From Callorhinchus milii (lineage: Eukaryota): a DNA stretch of 64,000 nt. Under the pieces are notes generated by a model. The model was not told the DNA's origin. It did no database searches and saw only the letters and a list, made by a program, of their open reading frames with translations. Positions 1-12,800 of this stretch are shown in pieces. Position 1 is the stretch's first letter; each line of letters opens with the position of its first letter. The stretch lies in NCBI RefSeq assembly GCF_018977255.1, contig NW_024704743.1:62001-126000 (forward strand), read 5' to 3'. A program made the position numbers and the translations under genes.

Positions 1-1296
1 GTCCCGGGAGTACAGCACCGGCACCTTGACGATGAGTCCGCCCTCGGCCGCGCCGCCTCCTCCATTCCCGCTTCCTCCATTCCCGCTTCCTCCGGCCCGC
101 CTCCTCCGGCCCCGCCCGCCGCCCGCGATCTGCTCCCGAACGGCCACCAGGGCGGCGACTCGAGCTGCGTCAAAAGCCTGACCACGACAACAACTCATTA
201 CATTCACGTTCGATCAGTCATCTTAATCATTGGATGTCTCGAAGCGCTTCACACGATACACTAATCATTGGATGTCTCGAAGCGCTTCGCACGACACACN
301 NNNNNNNNNNNNNNNNNNNNNNNNGGTTAAGGTGTAGTGACTGTGCGACCGGTGGGCGAGACCCACAGCAGCCTCTCCCACCAACGCCCGTGGATCGCGG
401 TGACCGATTTATTGTCACTATTAATTATTTTGTTCCTTTGGAAGGGATTATTACCCCCCAGGAAAAAGCCATCCGCCGACCGACTTAGCGACCGGATTCC
501 TACCTACTGCTGGGTCCGCGCAGCCGCGCCTGTGGAGTGAGGAAGCGCTCGGGAATCGAACCCGGGTCCCCTCGCTCGCGAGGCGACTGCTCTAACAATC
601 GAGCGACAGGGAACTCCGCCACAGGAGCGTTCTAACCGATACGTAAGAAAAGTTTATTTGGTTGACCGTGTGTGGGTGGGGCTGTGCGGGGGGTTGGGGA
701 GGGGGGGGCTGCGTGTGGGAGGGGGGGGGTGGGGGGGATCTGCCTTGTCGGAGGGGCCATTACCTGTTAGCCACGTCCATGTCCGACTCGATCTTGTCCA
801 GCCCCTTCGTGATGCGGTCAAACTGCTCCCCTTGGTGGTGGAGGACGGTCGTCGTGTCCTCCAGCCGCCTCTGGGAGCTGGTGGCCAGGCTGATCAGCTC
901 CTTGCCCTTGGATGAGGGGCTTCCCCAGGGCGAGGCCGCGGCCCCCTCCCCGTTCCCGCTCCCCTCCCCGCCCCCCTCCTGGCCCAACAGCTGTTCCCTC
1001 CAGAAGTGTTCCAACACGTTGAAGACCGCTGCCCGGCTGGGCCGGAGCGAGGAGAACCAGTGCTTGTGGCCCCCGCTGGCTAGCACCGTCAGGGAGCTGA
1101 ACACCAGGCTAGACGTCTCCTTCCTGACCTCCAGCATCGCCGACAGCTCCAGGCGGACCAGCGGCTCCGGCCTCTCCTTCTCCGCCCGGAACACCAGTTG
1201 GCTGGGGGTCATCTGGAGGGTCCCATATGCCCAGCGCCGCTCGCCACTCACGTAGTAAGCTCCCGGCCAGGAGTACAGACACAGGTCACTGGTCAT
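1..1296 (-). CDS. SNAP47: Synaptosomal-associated protein 47, 5' part (runs off the window start)
   Basis: Coding exon 1296-764 (MTSDLCLYSWPGAYY...HKHWFSSLRPSRAAVFNVLEHFWRE...LHHQGEQFDRITKGLDKIESDMDVAN) has its acceptor just upstream (exon edge 1326) and a GT donor at 763-762. The next exon, 177-1, continues in phase 2 (RLLTQLESPPWWPFGS...EGGLIVKVPVLYSRD). Both match human SNAP47 as recalled (HAKHWFSSLRPSRNVVF, RLLTELESPAWWPF). The gene is head-to-head with JMJD4, as in human. Confidence 0.95.
300..324. other. Assembly gap (25 N)
   Basis: Run of N characters in the sequence. Confidence 1.
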
Positions 1297-1387
1297 TGCG
1301 ACTGCAACTCGATGACAGAGCGGAACCTGGGGCAGAACAACAACAACAACAACAACAATTTGCTAACTATCTTACATTTCGTGCCCG

Positions 1388-1980
1388 CCCCCTCCCCCTC
1401 ACCCTCACCCACACCCCCACCCTCACCCTCACCCACACCCCCACCCTCACCCTCACCTCACCCCACCCCCACACCCCCACCTCACCCCACACTCACCCCC
1501 ACACCCCACCTCACCCCCACACCCCACCCACACCCCCACCCCACCCTCACCCCCACCCCCACACCCCCACCTCCCCACCCCCACACCCCCACCTCACCCC
1601 CACCCCCACACCCCCACCCTCACCCCCACCCCGCACCCTCACCCCCACCTCACCCCACCTCACCCCCACCCTCACCCCCACCCTCACCCCACCTCACCCC
1701 CACCTCACCCCCACCCCACCCCCACCCTCACCCCCACCCTCACCCCCACCCTCACCCCCACCCTCACCCCCACCTCCACCCCCACCCTCACCCCACCCTC
1801 ACCCCCACCCTCACCCCCACCCTCACCCACCCTCACCCCCACCCTCACCCCACCCTCACCCCCCCATCCCCACCCCCACCCTCACCCCCACCTCACCCTC
1901 ACCCCCACCCCACACCCTCCACCTCACCCCCACTCTCACCCCCACCATCACCCCCCCACCCTCACCCCCCCCCAACCTCC
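1388..1980. repeat. C-rich tandem repeat, 6/12-bp unit (CCCCACCCTCAC)n; G-rich on the minus strand
   Basis: Directly visible. It produces the spurious Pro/His/Thr ORFs 1198-2238 and 1227-2096. Confidence 0.95.
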
Positions 1981-2248
1981 CTCATCTCCAAGAGAGGTCC
2001 GGCCCGCGCGGGAGCCCACAGCCACTTCGGTCAGCCTCGAAAAATAATACACAGTCACTGCACTTCGCAGTGTATCCATCGCGCGAAGCGCTTTGAGACG
2101 TCTCGAGGACGCGATGAGAGCCGCCGTATCGAATGCGCGGATCAGTATTGTTACTATTGTACATTATTATATGTTATGGCTGTCCCCCTCTCTCCCCCCC
2201 CCCCCCCCCCCCAGAGGGTTGGGCCGGAGCGCCGCTGAGAGCCGGGCG

Positions 2249-5200
2249 ATGGACGAGGAGACCCTGAGGGAGGCTCTGGCTCGTTACCGGGACGCCGGGG
2301 GACCCTCGTACGAGGAGTTCGCGCGAGGCGGGGGGATTGATCGCCCGGGCGGCTCGGAGCTGAGCTACTCCCGGTTCTTCCGGGAGTTCCTGGTCCCGAA
2401 CCGGCCGTGCGTGCTGTCGGGCTCCGTCACCGCGGCCTGGCCTGGCCGACAGCTGTGGGTACAGGAGGACGGCGGCCCGGACTTCCAGCATTTACTGCAC
2501 CGCTTCGGTGAGATCTCCTGCTCGTATGGGGAGGGGGGCGGGGAGGAAGGGGAGGGGGGGAGGCGGCGCGGTGCTCGCTGGACGAGCGGCGGGGAAAGCG
2601 TTGGCCAGACAGCGCTCTCGATGGCCGAGGCTGCCCCCCCCCCCCCCCTCGCAAGCCATGGCTCTCGCCAACCTGCGCCTAATACTCTCCAGAATTAGGT
2701 AAACTGGGGGGGGGGTCCCTCCAGAGAGAGAGAGAGAGCGCATTCCATCCCAACAGTCTGTGTCGTTGGGATGCGGGGAATTCTCAGCTGACCCTTGAGC
2801 AACGGTGACGGGTTTCCGCGCGCGTCGGACACCCGGCCGACCCTCTCCCCCCCCCCGCGCCCCCCAAAAAATCTGACTGCATTTTATTCTCTGTGTCATT
2901 CTCGAGCGAGAGGACCCGGGTTCGACTCCCGGCCGGGCCGAAACCTTGGGCAAGTTTGCTCACTCCGCACGACGGATAATAATCCCTCGAGAAAAAAATG
3001 AACAATAATAATAATAATTTGGTCACTCAGTCCATGCCTGTGTGTGGGACGCTGCTGTCCATAATTGGCCGTCGCGTTTCGCCCACAAAATACACCATCA
3101 ATTCACTTTACAGTATATCCCGTGAAGCCCTTTGAGACGTATCTTGAAGACGCGATAAGGTGCTACATCAAATGCAAGGATTATTATTATTATTATTGTT
3201 TATCTCTCTGTTTCTCTCTCTCTCTCTCATTCTCTCTTTCATTCTCTCACTCACGGCTGTTGGTTGTGCTCCAGGTGATGCGGTGGTACCTGTGGCAAAC
3301 TGTGACGTGCAGGAATACAACGCCAACCCCAAGGAGAGCCTGACGCTGAGCGAGTACCTGAGCTACTGGCGGGAGCGCAGGGCACACGGTCACACCAGTC
3401 CCAGGGGCTGCCTCTACCTGAAGGACTGGCACATGCACAGGTTGGACGGCCTGCACCAGGCACCGTGACGAAACCCAACCCAAAACCAACACCCACCTTC
3501 CCCCCACCCCCCCCCGCCCCCAAAAATGTGGTCACTCAATAAATGTGGACTGTTTGTGGGACGCTGCTGTGCACAGTTACCTTTGCCCTCTCCCACCCTC
3601 CTCGGCTCTCACCCCGAGCTCGGGCACCCAGGCAAGACTCAAGTTAAGCACCTTTAAGCCGCTGTGTGCAATTGACTGCCGCGCTTCACCCGCAAAATAC
3701 ACAGTCACTCCGTTTTACAGTATATTCTGTGAAGCCCTTTGAGACGTCTCAACGAAGTGAGGAGGCGCTGTATCAAATGTAAGGCTCGCTATCATTAGTA
3801 CCTGAGCACTGGGTTGGTGGGTGGGGGCTGGTGGAGAGAGGGTGGGGGGAACAGATCAGGATCTCCGGGGTAAAGGCTGATCTGTGTCTGTTTTCCCAGG
3901 GATTTCCCAGATCACGGCGTCTACAGCACTCCGCTCTTCTTCCGCTCTGACTGGCTGAACGAGTACTGGGATTCCATCCGGTTGGATGACTACCGCTTTG
4001 TCTACATGGGGCCCAAGGGATCGTGGTGAGTGTGCTGCAGTGTGTGTACACGCGTGTGTGTGCGTGTGTGTGTGTGCACTGTGGACCTGGAGTGGTGGGT
4101 TGCCCCTACGGGGAGTGTTATGGGGAGGGGATATACATTGAAAGGTTGAGTTTGTTTATAGGGGGTGGTTGTAGACTGAGGGGGTGGGCTATTGTGGGGG
4201 TAGATTGAGGGGGTGGGTTATGGAGGGAGAGGTTATGGGCTGAGGAGTGGGTTATGATAATAACAATAATAATCCTTGCATTTGATATAGCGCTTTTCAC
4301 ATCTTCTCGACGTCTCAAAGCGCTTCACAGAATATGCTGTAATGTGAATTGACTGTATATTTGTGGGCGAACGCGGCAGCCAATTGCGCACAGCAGCGTC
4401 CCCACAAACAGCCGTGGATTGAAAATAATTTATTATTGTTTTGTTTTGGAGGGATTATTATTAGACGTGTGGAGAAAGGAAACTTGCCCGAGGTTTGGCC
4501 CTCTGCCTGGAATTGAACCCAGGTGTCTCGCTTGCAAAGCGAGTGCTCTAACCACTGACAGGACTCCACGTTATTGGGGTTATTGGGGGAGTTTGGTGGG
4601 GAGCGGAGATGGTGGCAGGAGATGCACAGACACAGCCACTGACAAGCGCTCCGGGACGCTACCCCACGTGAGGGGCGCTGTAAGTTGTTGTTGTCTGATC
4701 CCGACCCCTCACTTTCCCCCGCTCTCCCCCCCCCCCCTCCGCTCCCGCCAGGACCCCGTTCCACGCTGACGTCTTCCGCTCCTACAGCTGGTCGGCCAAT
4801 CTGTGCGGTCGGAAGCGATGGCTGCTGTTCCCCCCGGGGGAAGAGGCTGCTCTGCGAGACCGGGCGGGTTCGCTGGCCTACGACGTCTTGTCCCCCGCCC
4901 TGAGGGACCCCCAGCTCTACCCAGGCGCCGCCCAGAGCCACTCACCCATCGAGGTCATCCAGGAACCCGGGGAGGTCCTCTTTGTCCCCAGCGGCTGGTA
5001 CCATCAGGTCCACAATCTGGTAAGTCGTGGCTCAGCACAAGCTCTGGGCTCCCCACCCCCAAGCCTTGGCTCTCGCCAACCTGCGCCTGATACTCTCCAG
5101 AATTAGGTAAGCAGGGGGACTCCCTCCAGAGAGAGAGAGAGAGAGAGCGCATTCCATTCCAACCATCTATCTCTGGGATTTCCATGTGTAGTTGGGAGGC

Positions 5201-6309
5201 GGGGAATTCTCAGTTGGGTTTGGAGTCTCTTAAGCGACGGCGACGGGTTTCCAAGTGCCAGGGCTTTGGGTGGCAGGAGGGGAATTGGGAAGAATCTGCC
5301 ACAAAGCTTAGCTGAAGTAGAATCCACGGGTTATCTTAAGGAATTAATGGCACCTCCCACCAAGTACCCGAAATACACAGTCACCACACCTTACAGTATA
5401 TTCTGTGAAACGCTTTGAGACGTCACTGCATCAAATGCAAGGATTCTTATTATGATCGGGATGTTCCTCCTGACGTGAAATGTGTTATGTACAAATGTAT
5501 TATTATTATTATTAAGGAGGACACCATCTCCGTCAACCACAACTGGCTGAATGGCTGTAACGTGGACACAGTCTGGCGTTTCCTCAGGGCCGAGCTGTCA
5601 GCAGTCCAGGACGAGATCGGGGAGTGGAGAGACAGCATGGCGGACTGGCACCAGCACTGTCAGGTAACTGGGGAGATTGAGCCCCACTGGTCAGGCCTTC
5701 AGCCTCTCTCTCTCTGCCCCCACCCTCTGGAACTCCCATCGCACAGTCCCTTCGCCTCGCCCCCTCCCTCGCCTCCCTCAAGGGCCGGTCTCGAGACTTT
5801 CCTCTTCGACAGCCCTCCCTGCCCTCCACCCCCCTCTTGATCCCAACCCGCATCTCGGGTCCAAATCCCTGACTGTCCAGCGCCTCGGGACGTCCTCCCG
5901 ACGCGAACGTCGCCGTGTAAGTGTCGCTAGTTGTTGTTGTTGTGGGGCGATTCCGCTCCGGGCTGACGCGGTGACTTGACTCCCGTGCTGTGCCGTGGTC
6001 CAGGTGATGATGAAGTCCTGCACGGGGATGGACTTCTCCCAGTTCTACGTCTTCCTGGAAACCATCGCCAGGAACCGGATGGAGTGGCTGGACAGTGGGC
6101 TGGAGGACCCGGGGCCGGGCGGGGCCCAGGGATCCGAGCTGGGACGGCGCCAGGCGATGTTCGACCTGCACCGGGTCGGGGCTGCGCTGGAGTCGCTCCT
6201 CGCGGACGCCGACTTCACACGTCTCGAGGTGGACAGTCCGGGTCTGGGTTCGAGCCCGGGTGGCCTCCTGCGGGAGGTCAGAGAGGTGGCGGACTCGGCC
6301 TTGACGTGA
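2249..6309 (+). CDS. JMJD4: JmjC domain-containing protein 4 (2-oxoglutarate/Fe(II) lysyl hydroxylase), complete, 423 aa
   Basis: Exons 2249-2507, 3275-3440, 3900-4025, 4752-5019, 5517-5663 and 6004-6309 are all GT-AG with consistent phase (1272 nt in total). Motifs: YSRFFREFLVPNRPCVL, VPVANC, LYLKDWH, SDWLNEYWD..DDYRFVYMGPKGSWTPFHADVFRSYSWSAN (HxD), FVPSGWYHQVHNLEDTISVNHNW (distal His). AATAAA at 6732 and 6813. Confidence 0.97.
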
Positions 6310-9300
6310 TACCGTGGTGCCAGCCTCGCCTCGTCTCTCCTTCAGCCACGTGATGTCCCGTAGCTCAGGGGTCAGAGCCCTCGCCTCGCAAGAGAGAGGA
6401 CCCGGGTTCGAATCCCGGGCGGGTCAGGGCGAAACCTTAGGCAAATTGTCCTACTCCACACACTCACACACACACACACACACACACACACGGGCGCCTC
6501 TGTTTACCCGGCAGTAAGTAGTTGTTAGTCAATTGGCGGATCGCTTTCCAGGGATAATAATTAACAGTTAATCCACTTTACAGTGTATCCCGTGAAGCGC
6601 TTTGAGGCGTCTCAACGACGTGATAAGGCCCTGTATCAAATGCGAGGGTGATTGTTGTTGTTGTTGTTGATGATCCACGCTACAAACAGGGACGTGGGCA
6701 GAAATTACGCCACCTTTGAGCCTCGTTCTTTAATAAAGAGGAACTCGATGGGTTTGTGGATTGAGGGCTGCCTGACAGCCTTTAACGTATTGTCTGGAGT
6801 CACTTATCTGGTAATAAAAAGTCCCAGATCAAAACTTTGTACCAATTTTTTTCCCCCTCAATTCATTGCTCTGCTCTGGAACCTGGAGCTGCGCAGATGA
6901 CACCGCAGAGAGGAGAAATCATCCAACATTCAGGTCCTAAAGTGCAAACCATGTTAATAATAAAGTTCCCCCCCACCGCCCCCACCCGACGCACACCCCA
7001 CAAACTACAACAGCAAGTTACTGGAGCGAAATATACACCATTTTGACAGAACCCGGTTTGTGCTCCAAATCAGACTTAGAATTTACAGATGTGTGCTATC
7101 TAGACATGGGATGCAATGTGGACTCTCTCTCTCTCTCTCTCTCCCGGGAGGGACGCCTCCTGCTGATCTAATCCCGAAGAGTATTAGGACCCGGGTGTGA
7201 TTCCCGGGTCGGGAGGGCGACACCATAGGCGAGTTTCCTTACTCCACACGCCACGTTTAGCTGGGGGGTGGGGATCAGGGAGGGTGGGGGGGTAGGAGGG
7301 TGACCGAAGGCACGGTCGAAGAGGAGAGTCTTGAGACGGGTCTGGAGCCTGTGATGGGTTTCACTGCCGCCCCAGAGATCACGTGAGGGTTTTTGAAAAC
7401 CCAAAAGGTTATCCAAAAAATGCGTACGTCCTAAACGGTCGTGCGTTACGTGGACCGGACAAATGGCGTGTTTGATTTCGGTTTTGTTTGGCAGATCTTG
7501 GGGAATGCTGCACCCAAATGAAACATTGCCAATAACAACTTGGAATCGTATAGCGCTCTTCACGTGCCCCGGATCGTTTAAACACCCTGACGACACTGAG
7601 AGAGAAGGCAAAAGGACTTTGACAAGTCTTGCAATGTAAAACATTTGCCTACACAATACAGTAACGACTTTGGCAGATTGTTTTTCATGTAATTACAGTA
7701 CAAGTTCACTATAACGAATTCTGCTTCTAACAAACCCCCGGTTTTAATGATCGCAAAGGCAAGACCCAATTTTGCCCCTCTCTGACGGCTAAACCGTGCT
7801 ATCGTGAACACCGACATAACAATCTCTTGTTACAATCTCTGGGAGGGTTCGTTAAAGTGAGGTTTATAAACTGCCGCCTGATTTCACTCCTAAACGGCCT
7901 CGCGCTAATTTTAAGATCCTGTCCCCTGGTTCTGGACAGTGATTCGAAGCAGAACCATTGAATACACTCGTTACGGCGCTATAAGGAAAGTGTTTATTAA
8001 TATATATCACATATAAATAAATCTTTTGTGATCCTATTATTGTGTTTCACCCTCACCTCATAATGTGCTGCCGTCATATATTACATTTAGCCTAAATCCC
8101 CTCTCCCTACACCCCCCCACCCTACCCCCCCATCCCCCCAGGGCGCTCAGCAATCCATAAGGACATTGAACATCCATCCCATGATAATATTGAGGAAAAG
8201 CAGTGTCCTGGTCAACAAGCCTCAGATTAATTGGCTCACTCACCTTAGCGGCTGCATACAGGACATTGTGTGCAAAATGACTGCTGTGTTTGCCCGACAG
8301 AACAGTCACTACACTACCAAGGTCCATTCAGTTCGCTTTCAACCATCCTAGCAGTCGCAAGCACATGTCAGCTCCCTCCCAAACTATACACTGTAGATCC
8401 CCGATATTATTTCCTAACGGGGAGCCTGTTCCAGGCATTTACGATAAGAACATGAATTTACGAGAGAAAGACCAAGACCCAATGTTAAGGCACTGTTAAA
8501 ACAAGTTCTTTCTCTCAAATGCTCAGTGGGCAACTCGCGTCCCTCCACAACACATGGCAGACAGTTGAGGGTTTGCACCTGAACTGTTCACGTGTTTCCC
8601 CCCCACACGACTGTGTGACTCTCTGACTCTCCCAGCCCATGGTATCGCATTTTGCTAACAATATACAGTCACTGCATTTCACAGTAAATCATGTGAAGCC
8701 CTTTGAGATGTTCTTCTGGCATGACAAGGCATGACAAATGCAGGGATTATTATTATTATTATGCAATCCGGGACATTACAGCATCGAGAGAGTCCGCCGT
8801 GTCTGCAGTGGAGCTAGCTCACCCACACTGGTGCTTCTCTGCTCCCGTACCCCCTTCTCTTTCCTCGGCATTTGTGAATCTCTTTTCGAAATAACTAATA
8901 ATCCGCCTGGCATCTCATATACCACATTTGGCTCCGCCTCCGTTTAGCGCTTTGAGTCGTTGCCCCGCAATGAATAAATGGCAGTTGTTATCCCATCATC
9001 AAGACGTCTCAAAGCGCTTCACGGGATACTTTACTGTGAAGTGTTGTGACTGTGCATCTGTGTATTGAGGTTCCGGACAGAAGCAGCTTTCGCTGAGTAC
9101 CACGTGAGGGTCATGAGATTATGAGAGTGAAAACAAGTGTTGGCTGTGAGATTGGCTGTTGATATAACAGTTGGGATGTGGAACCCTCTGCAGTCAGCGG
9201 TTAAGACAGAACGTGTCCCACCTGATGGTCAAGAGCCTCCAGAGTAAGTAAGACAGAGAAGAGAGAGATATATGGAGAGGTGTGATGGCTAGGAGCTGGA

Positions 9301-9479
9301 TATTTTTCCTTGTCCTTTCAGTCACTGTCCATTCCCTGACCAGACAGACTCGCTGCGCTGTGTGATTCCCTCCTGTTTGGCTTAGAGAGGAGAGGACCCG
9401 TGGAGTAGACCACCCATCAGAAGAAGAAGCCTTCCTTCGTTTGGCCGGCCGGTTCGTACCTGATTGCCATCTGCACATG

Positions 9480-9785
9480 TGCATTGTGTGTGTATGTGGT
9501 GTGTGTATGTGGTTTATGTGTAGTGTGTGGGTGGTTTGTGGTGATGTGATGTGTGGTGTATGTGGTGTGTGTGTGTGCGTTGTGTGTGGTGTTTGTGTGT
9601 GTGTGTGTGTGCGCGCGGTGTTTGTGTATGTGGTGTGTGAGTGTGTGTGTAGGTGGTGTTTGTGTATGTGGTGTGTGTGTGTGTGTGGTGTGTGTATGTG
9701 GTGTGTGTGAGTGTAGGTGTTTTTTGTGTATGTGGTGTGTGTGGTGTGTGTTTGTGGTGTGTGTTTGTGGTGTGTGTGTGTGTGT
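9480..9785. repeat. Imperfect (GT)n microsatellite in the probable ALS2CL 3' UTR
   Basis: Directly visible. Confidence 0.9.
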
Positions 9786-9891
9786 GGAGTTAGAGTACCC
9801 GCCAGCCAGTGTAGTTTATAGCGAGTGCCTGGGAAAAGTCTGAGTGTTGTGGTGTGGGTTGTTTCGCCTCACGTTCCTGAGTGACGTGTTG

Positions 9892-12800
9892 TCAGGAGAC
9901 ACTGTTCAGACAGGCACCTAATCGTATTTCCTCCTTCTGAATGTGCTGGTAACAAGACTGGAGGGAAAGAACGTTGGGGTTGAGTGGAGGGGGGGTGGGG
10001 AGCGGGGGGAGGGAAGGAAGGAAGGGGAAAAGATAAGAGAGCTGGTGGTTACAAGTCACTTTCATCACTTAGTATTTGGTCAAAAAACGCAAAGACATGG
10101 GTTCGACGACGATAACAATAACAGCAGCAGATTACACTTACATTTACACGGCGCCTTTCACGTCGGATGTCCCAAGGCGCTGGGCAGTCAGGGATTTGGA
10201 CCCGAGTTGGGGGTTGGGATCCGGAGGGTGGGGTGGAGGGCAGGGAGGGTGGGGGGGGGTTAGGAGGGTGACCGAAGGCGCGGTCGAAGAGGAGGGTCTT
10301 GAGACGGGCCTTGAAGGAAGCGAGGGGGGGAGCGAGGCGGAGGGAATGCCGGACGAAGTCACACCCAATTATTGAGCTAATGTCCCTTATTTCTGGGAGG
10401 GAAGGTTGATGGGGGGGGGGTCTTGACAGTCCCTGATGACCTTTGATCAGCTCACCTCCAGGGCAGTCAGCAGGAAGTCATTCATGCCCCCCTCCCAGGT
10501 CGGATCCATCATGTCCCGAATCAGGTGCAGCTCTGCTCCCAACCGCTGGATCCTACAGCAAAGAGACAACATCAACGGCCGTTAACATCATCACCAGGTC
10601 CAGCAATTGAAGGGGAAGTCAGGAAACGCCCGCACTGGCTCCCAATCGCCCAACGCATTTCAACGTCCTCTCACTCGTTTTCAAACCCCCTCATGCCCTG
10701 GCACCCCTCGACCTCTCCGGCTTGCTTACCCCCACCCCCCCCCCCTCACACCACCATCCGCTGCCTCCGCTCCATCGAGCAGAGGGAACGGCAGGTTTGG
10801 TATTGTTTTGAGGAGGTCGCAGGAGGAGGGTGGGACAAGACTACGAGAGATTTCACGGTCAGGGAGGCCCTTGAATGAGGCCCTTCTTGGGGACGGGGAG
10901 CCAGTGGAGTCGGGCGAGGGTTGGGGGGGGGGGGGGTGATAGGCTCTCGGAGCTCGGTGCGAGTGAAAGAGAGAGAGAGGTTGCACGGGCTGCAGAGTTC
11001 TGGATAAGAGTTGGGTAGTCCAGTGAGCAGCTGGGAGTAATCTAACCCGGACTTGATGAGTGCAAGGATTAGGGACTCGGTGGTCTGAGGGCAGAGGTCG
11101 TGGCGGAGGTGGGCAATGTTAAGGGATTTGGTGTGGTCTTACCTTGCTCGGGAGACCACGTACACTAGGAGGGGCAGCAGGTCGTCCATGGGGAGGTTGT
11201 ACTCTCTCCTCAGCACCCGCGTCACCGTGTGCTCAATCTCCCCGTACGTCTTCATGATGGTGTCCATCTTCTCCTGGGCATCCGCTGTGCTGCTGTGGGC
11301 CCCGTGTCAAGGCAATAGGTCAGATCTAACCCCATCTCAACCTGTCCGCTCCCTCCGCTTAGCAGGCTCCGGCTTGCTCCACGTTCCCCCGCCCGGCCTG
11401 CCCCACCGTCAGCGGTCAGGCCTTCAGCCTCTCTCTCTGCTCCCACCCTTTGGAACCCCATCCCACAGTCCCTTCGCCTCACCCCCTCCCTCGCCTCCTT
11501 CAAGGCCCGTCTCAAGATCCTTCTCTTCAACCGCGCCTTCGGTCACGCTCGTACCTGCCCTCCATCCCTCCTGATCCCAACCCCTAGCTCGGGTCCAAAT
11601 CTCTGACTGTCCAAGGCCTTGGGACATCCTCCTGATGTGAAAGGCTTTGTGTAAATGTCATTTGTTGTTGTTGTCATTCACTCCTTCCCTCTCTTCCCTC
11701 ACTCACTCGCTCTCACCTCACTCACCTTATCTTCTGGAGACACTCGATCGCCGACTCGAAGCACACGTCTTTCACAATGGACTTTCTCTGTGGAGACACA
11801 GAGTGCGCAGCCCCAGGTCAGAGTGACTAAATCACAGGGTTTTACAGGTGACCCTGTGTGTTGCCAGCCTTTATTACCCATTCTCACGTCAGCCCGAGGT
11901 GGGGGCAACAACAAATTACATTAATAATAATAATGTGTTGAACAGTCAAGGGTTTGCACCCGAGTTGCGGACGCGGAGATAGGGATTTGGAGGGACGGAG
12001 AGCGACTGAAACCCAGGGTTTAACACGGTTGGTAATCAGGAACATGCTGAGTTCTGACCTGATTTTTTGTCAAATGAAGATCTTGAAGAGGCCACAGGTG
12101 TCTGAAGAGAAGCAGCAAAACAGTTACAACAGGACAAGTCAGTCTGAGCCGTGTGAACAACAAAGGGAATCGGCAAGGTAGCAAACGATGGGGAGTGAGA
12201 GCAGGGAATTGGGGTTAGAGTAGAGAGCTCCAGTGGTGGAGCGAACCCCAGCACAGACACTTACTTCTGAACCTCCAGGAACTCGAGGAGTTTGAGGTCG
12301 GGGAGAAGGCCCAGGTGAACGATGCCTTTCCAGTACAGAGCGTCGCCCGGCTCGTGGTACAACATGTACATCATGAAGAGGTCGGGGTAGAGGTGAGGCA
12401 AGAGCAGGGGCAACGTGACGGTGAATGGGGTCTGCTCCTCACTGACAAACAGGGAGAGAGAGAGAGAGAGAGAGACAGAGACTGAGACTCCGTTACAGTG
12501 CTCTGAAGTCTGTACCCCCACTCCCCCATCCCCCACTCGCCCTCTCTCTCTCCGCCTCCCCCGCCCCGTGTTACCTGTCTTGTGAGGTCACGTCATTCTG
12601 TGGTGAGGTAGAGAAGAAACGCCTGAAACACAAACACAGTAAAGTCGGGTAAAGATTCGTCCAAAGGACGACACCTGCGCGAATGCAGCGCTCCCCGCCC
12701 AGCACTGCACTGGAGCGTCAGCCTGAGCCGTCCCTGTCCTGGCCTTAAACTTTGTGGAGGACTGTCGCGTATTGGTTAGAGCGCTCCCCATGCAAGCGAG

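Noticed and set aside
224..299. Two near-identical 38-bp direct repeats
   Set aside because: They are made of SINE-tail-like sequence and abut the N gap, so a contig-end artefact or simple duplication is more likely than a functional array.
1198..2238. Long Pro/His/Thr-rich ORFs (346 and 289 aa)
   Set aside because: They are translations of a C-rich simple repeat that lacks stop codons and have no protein features.
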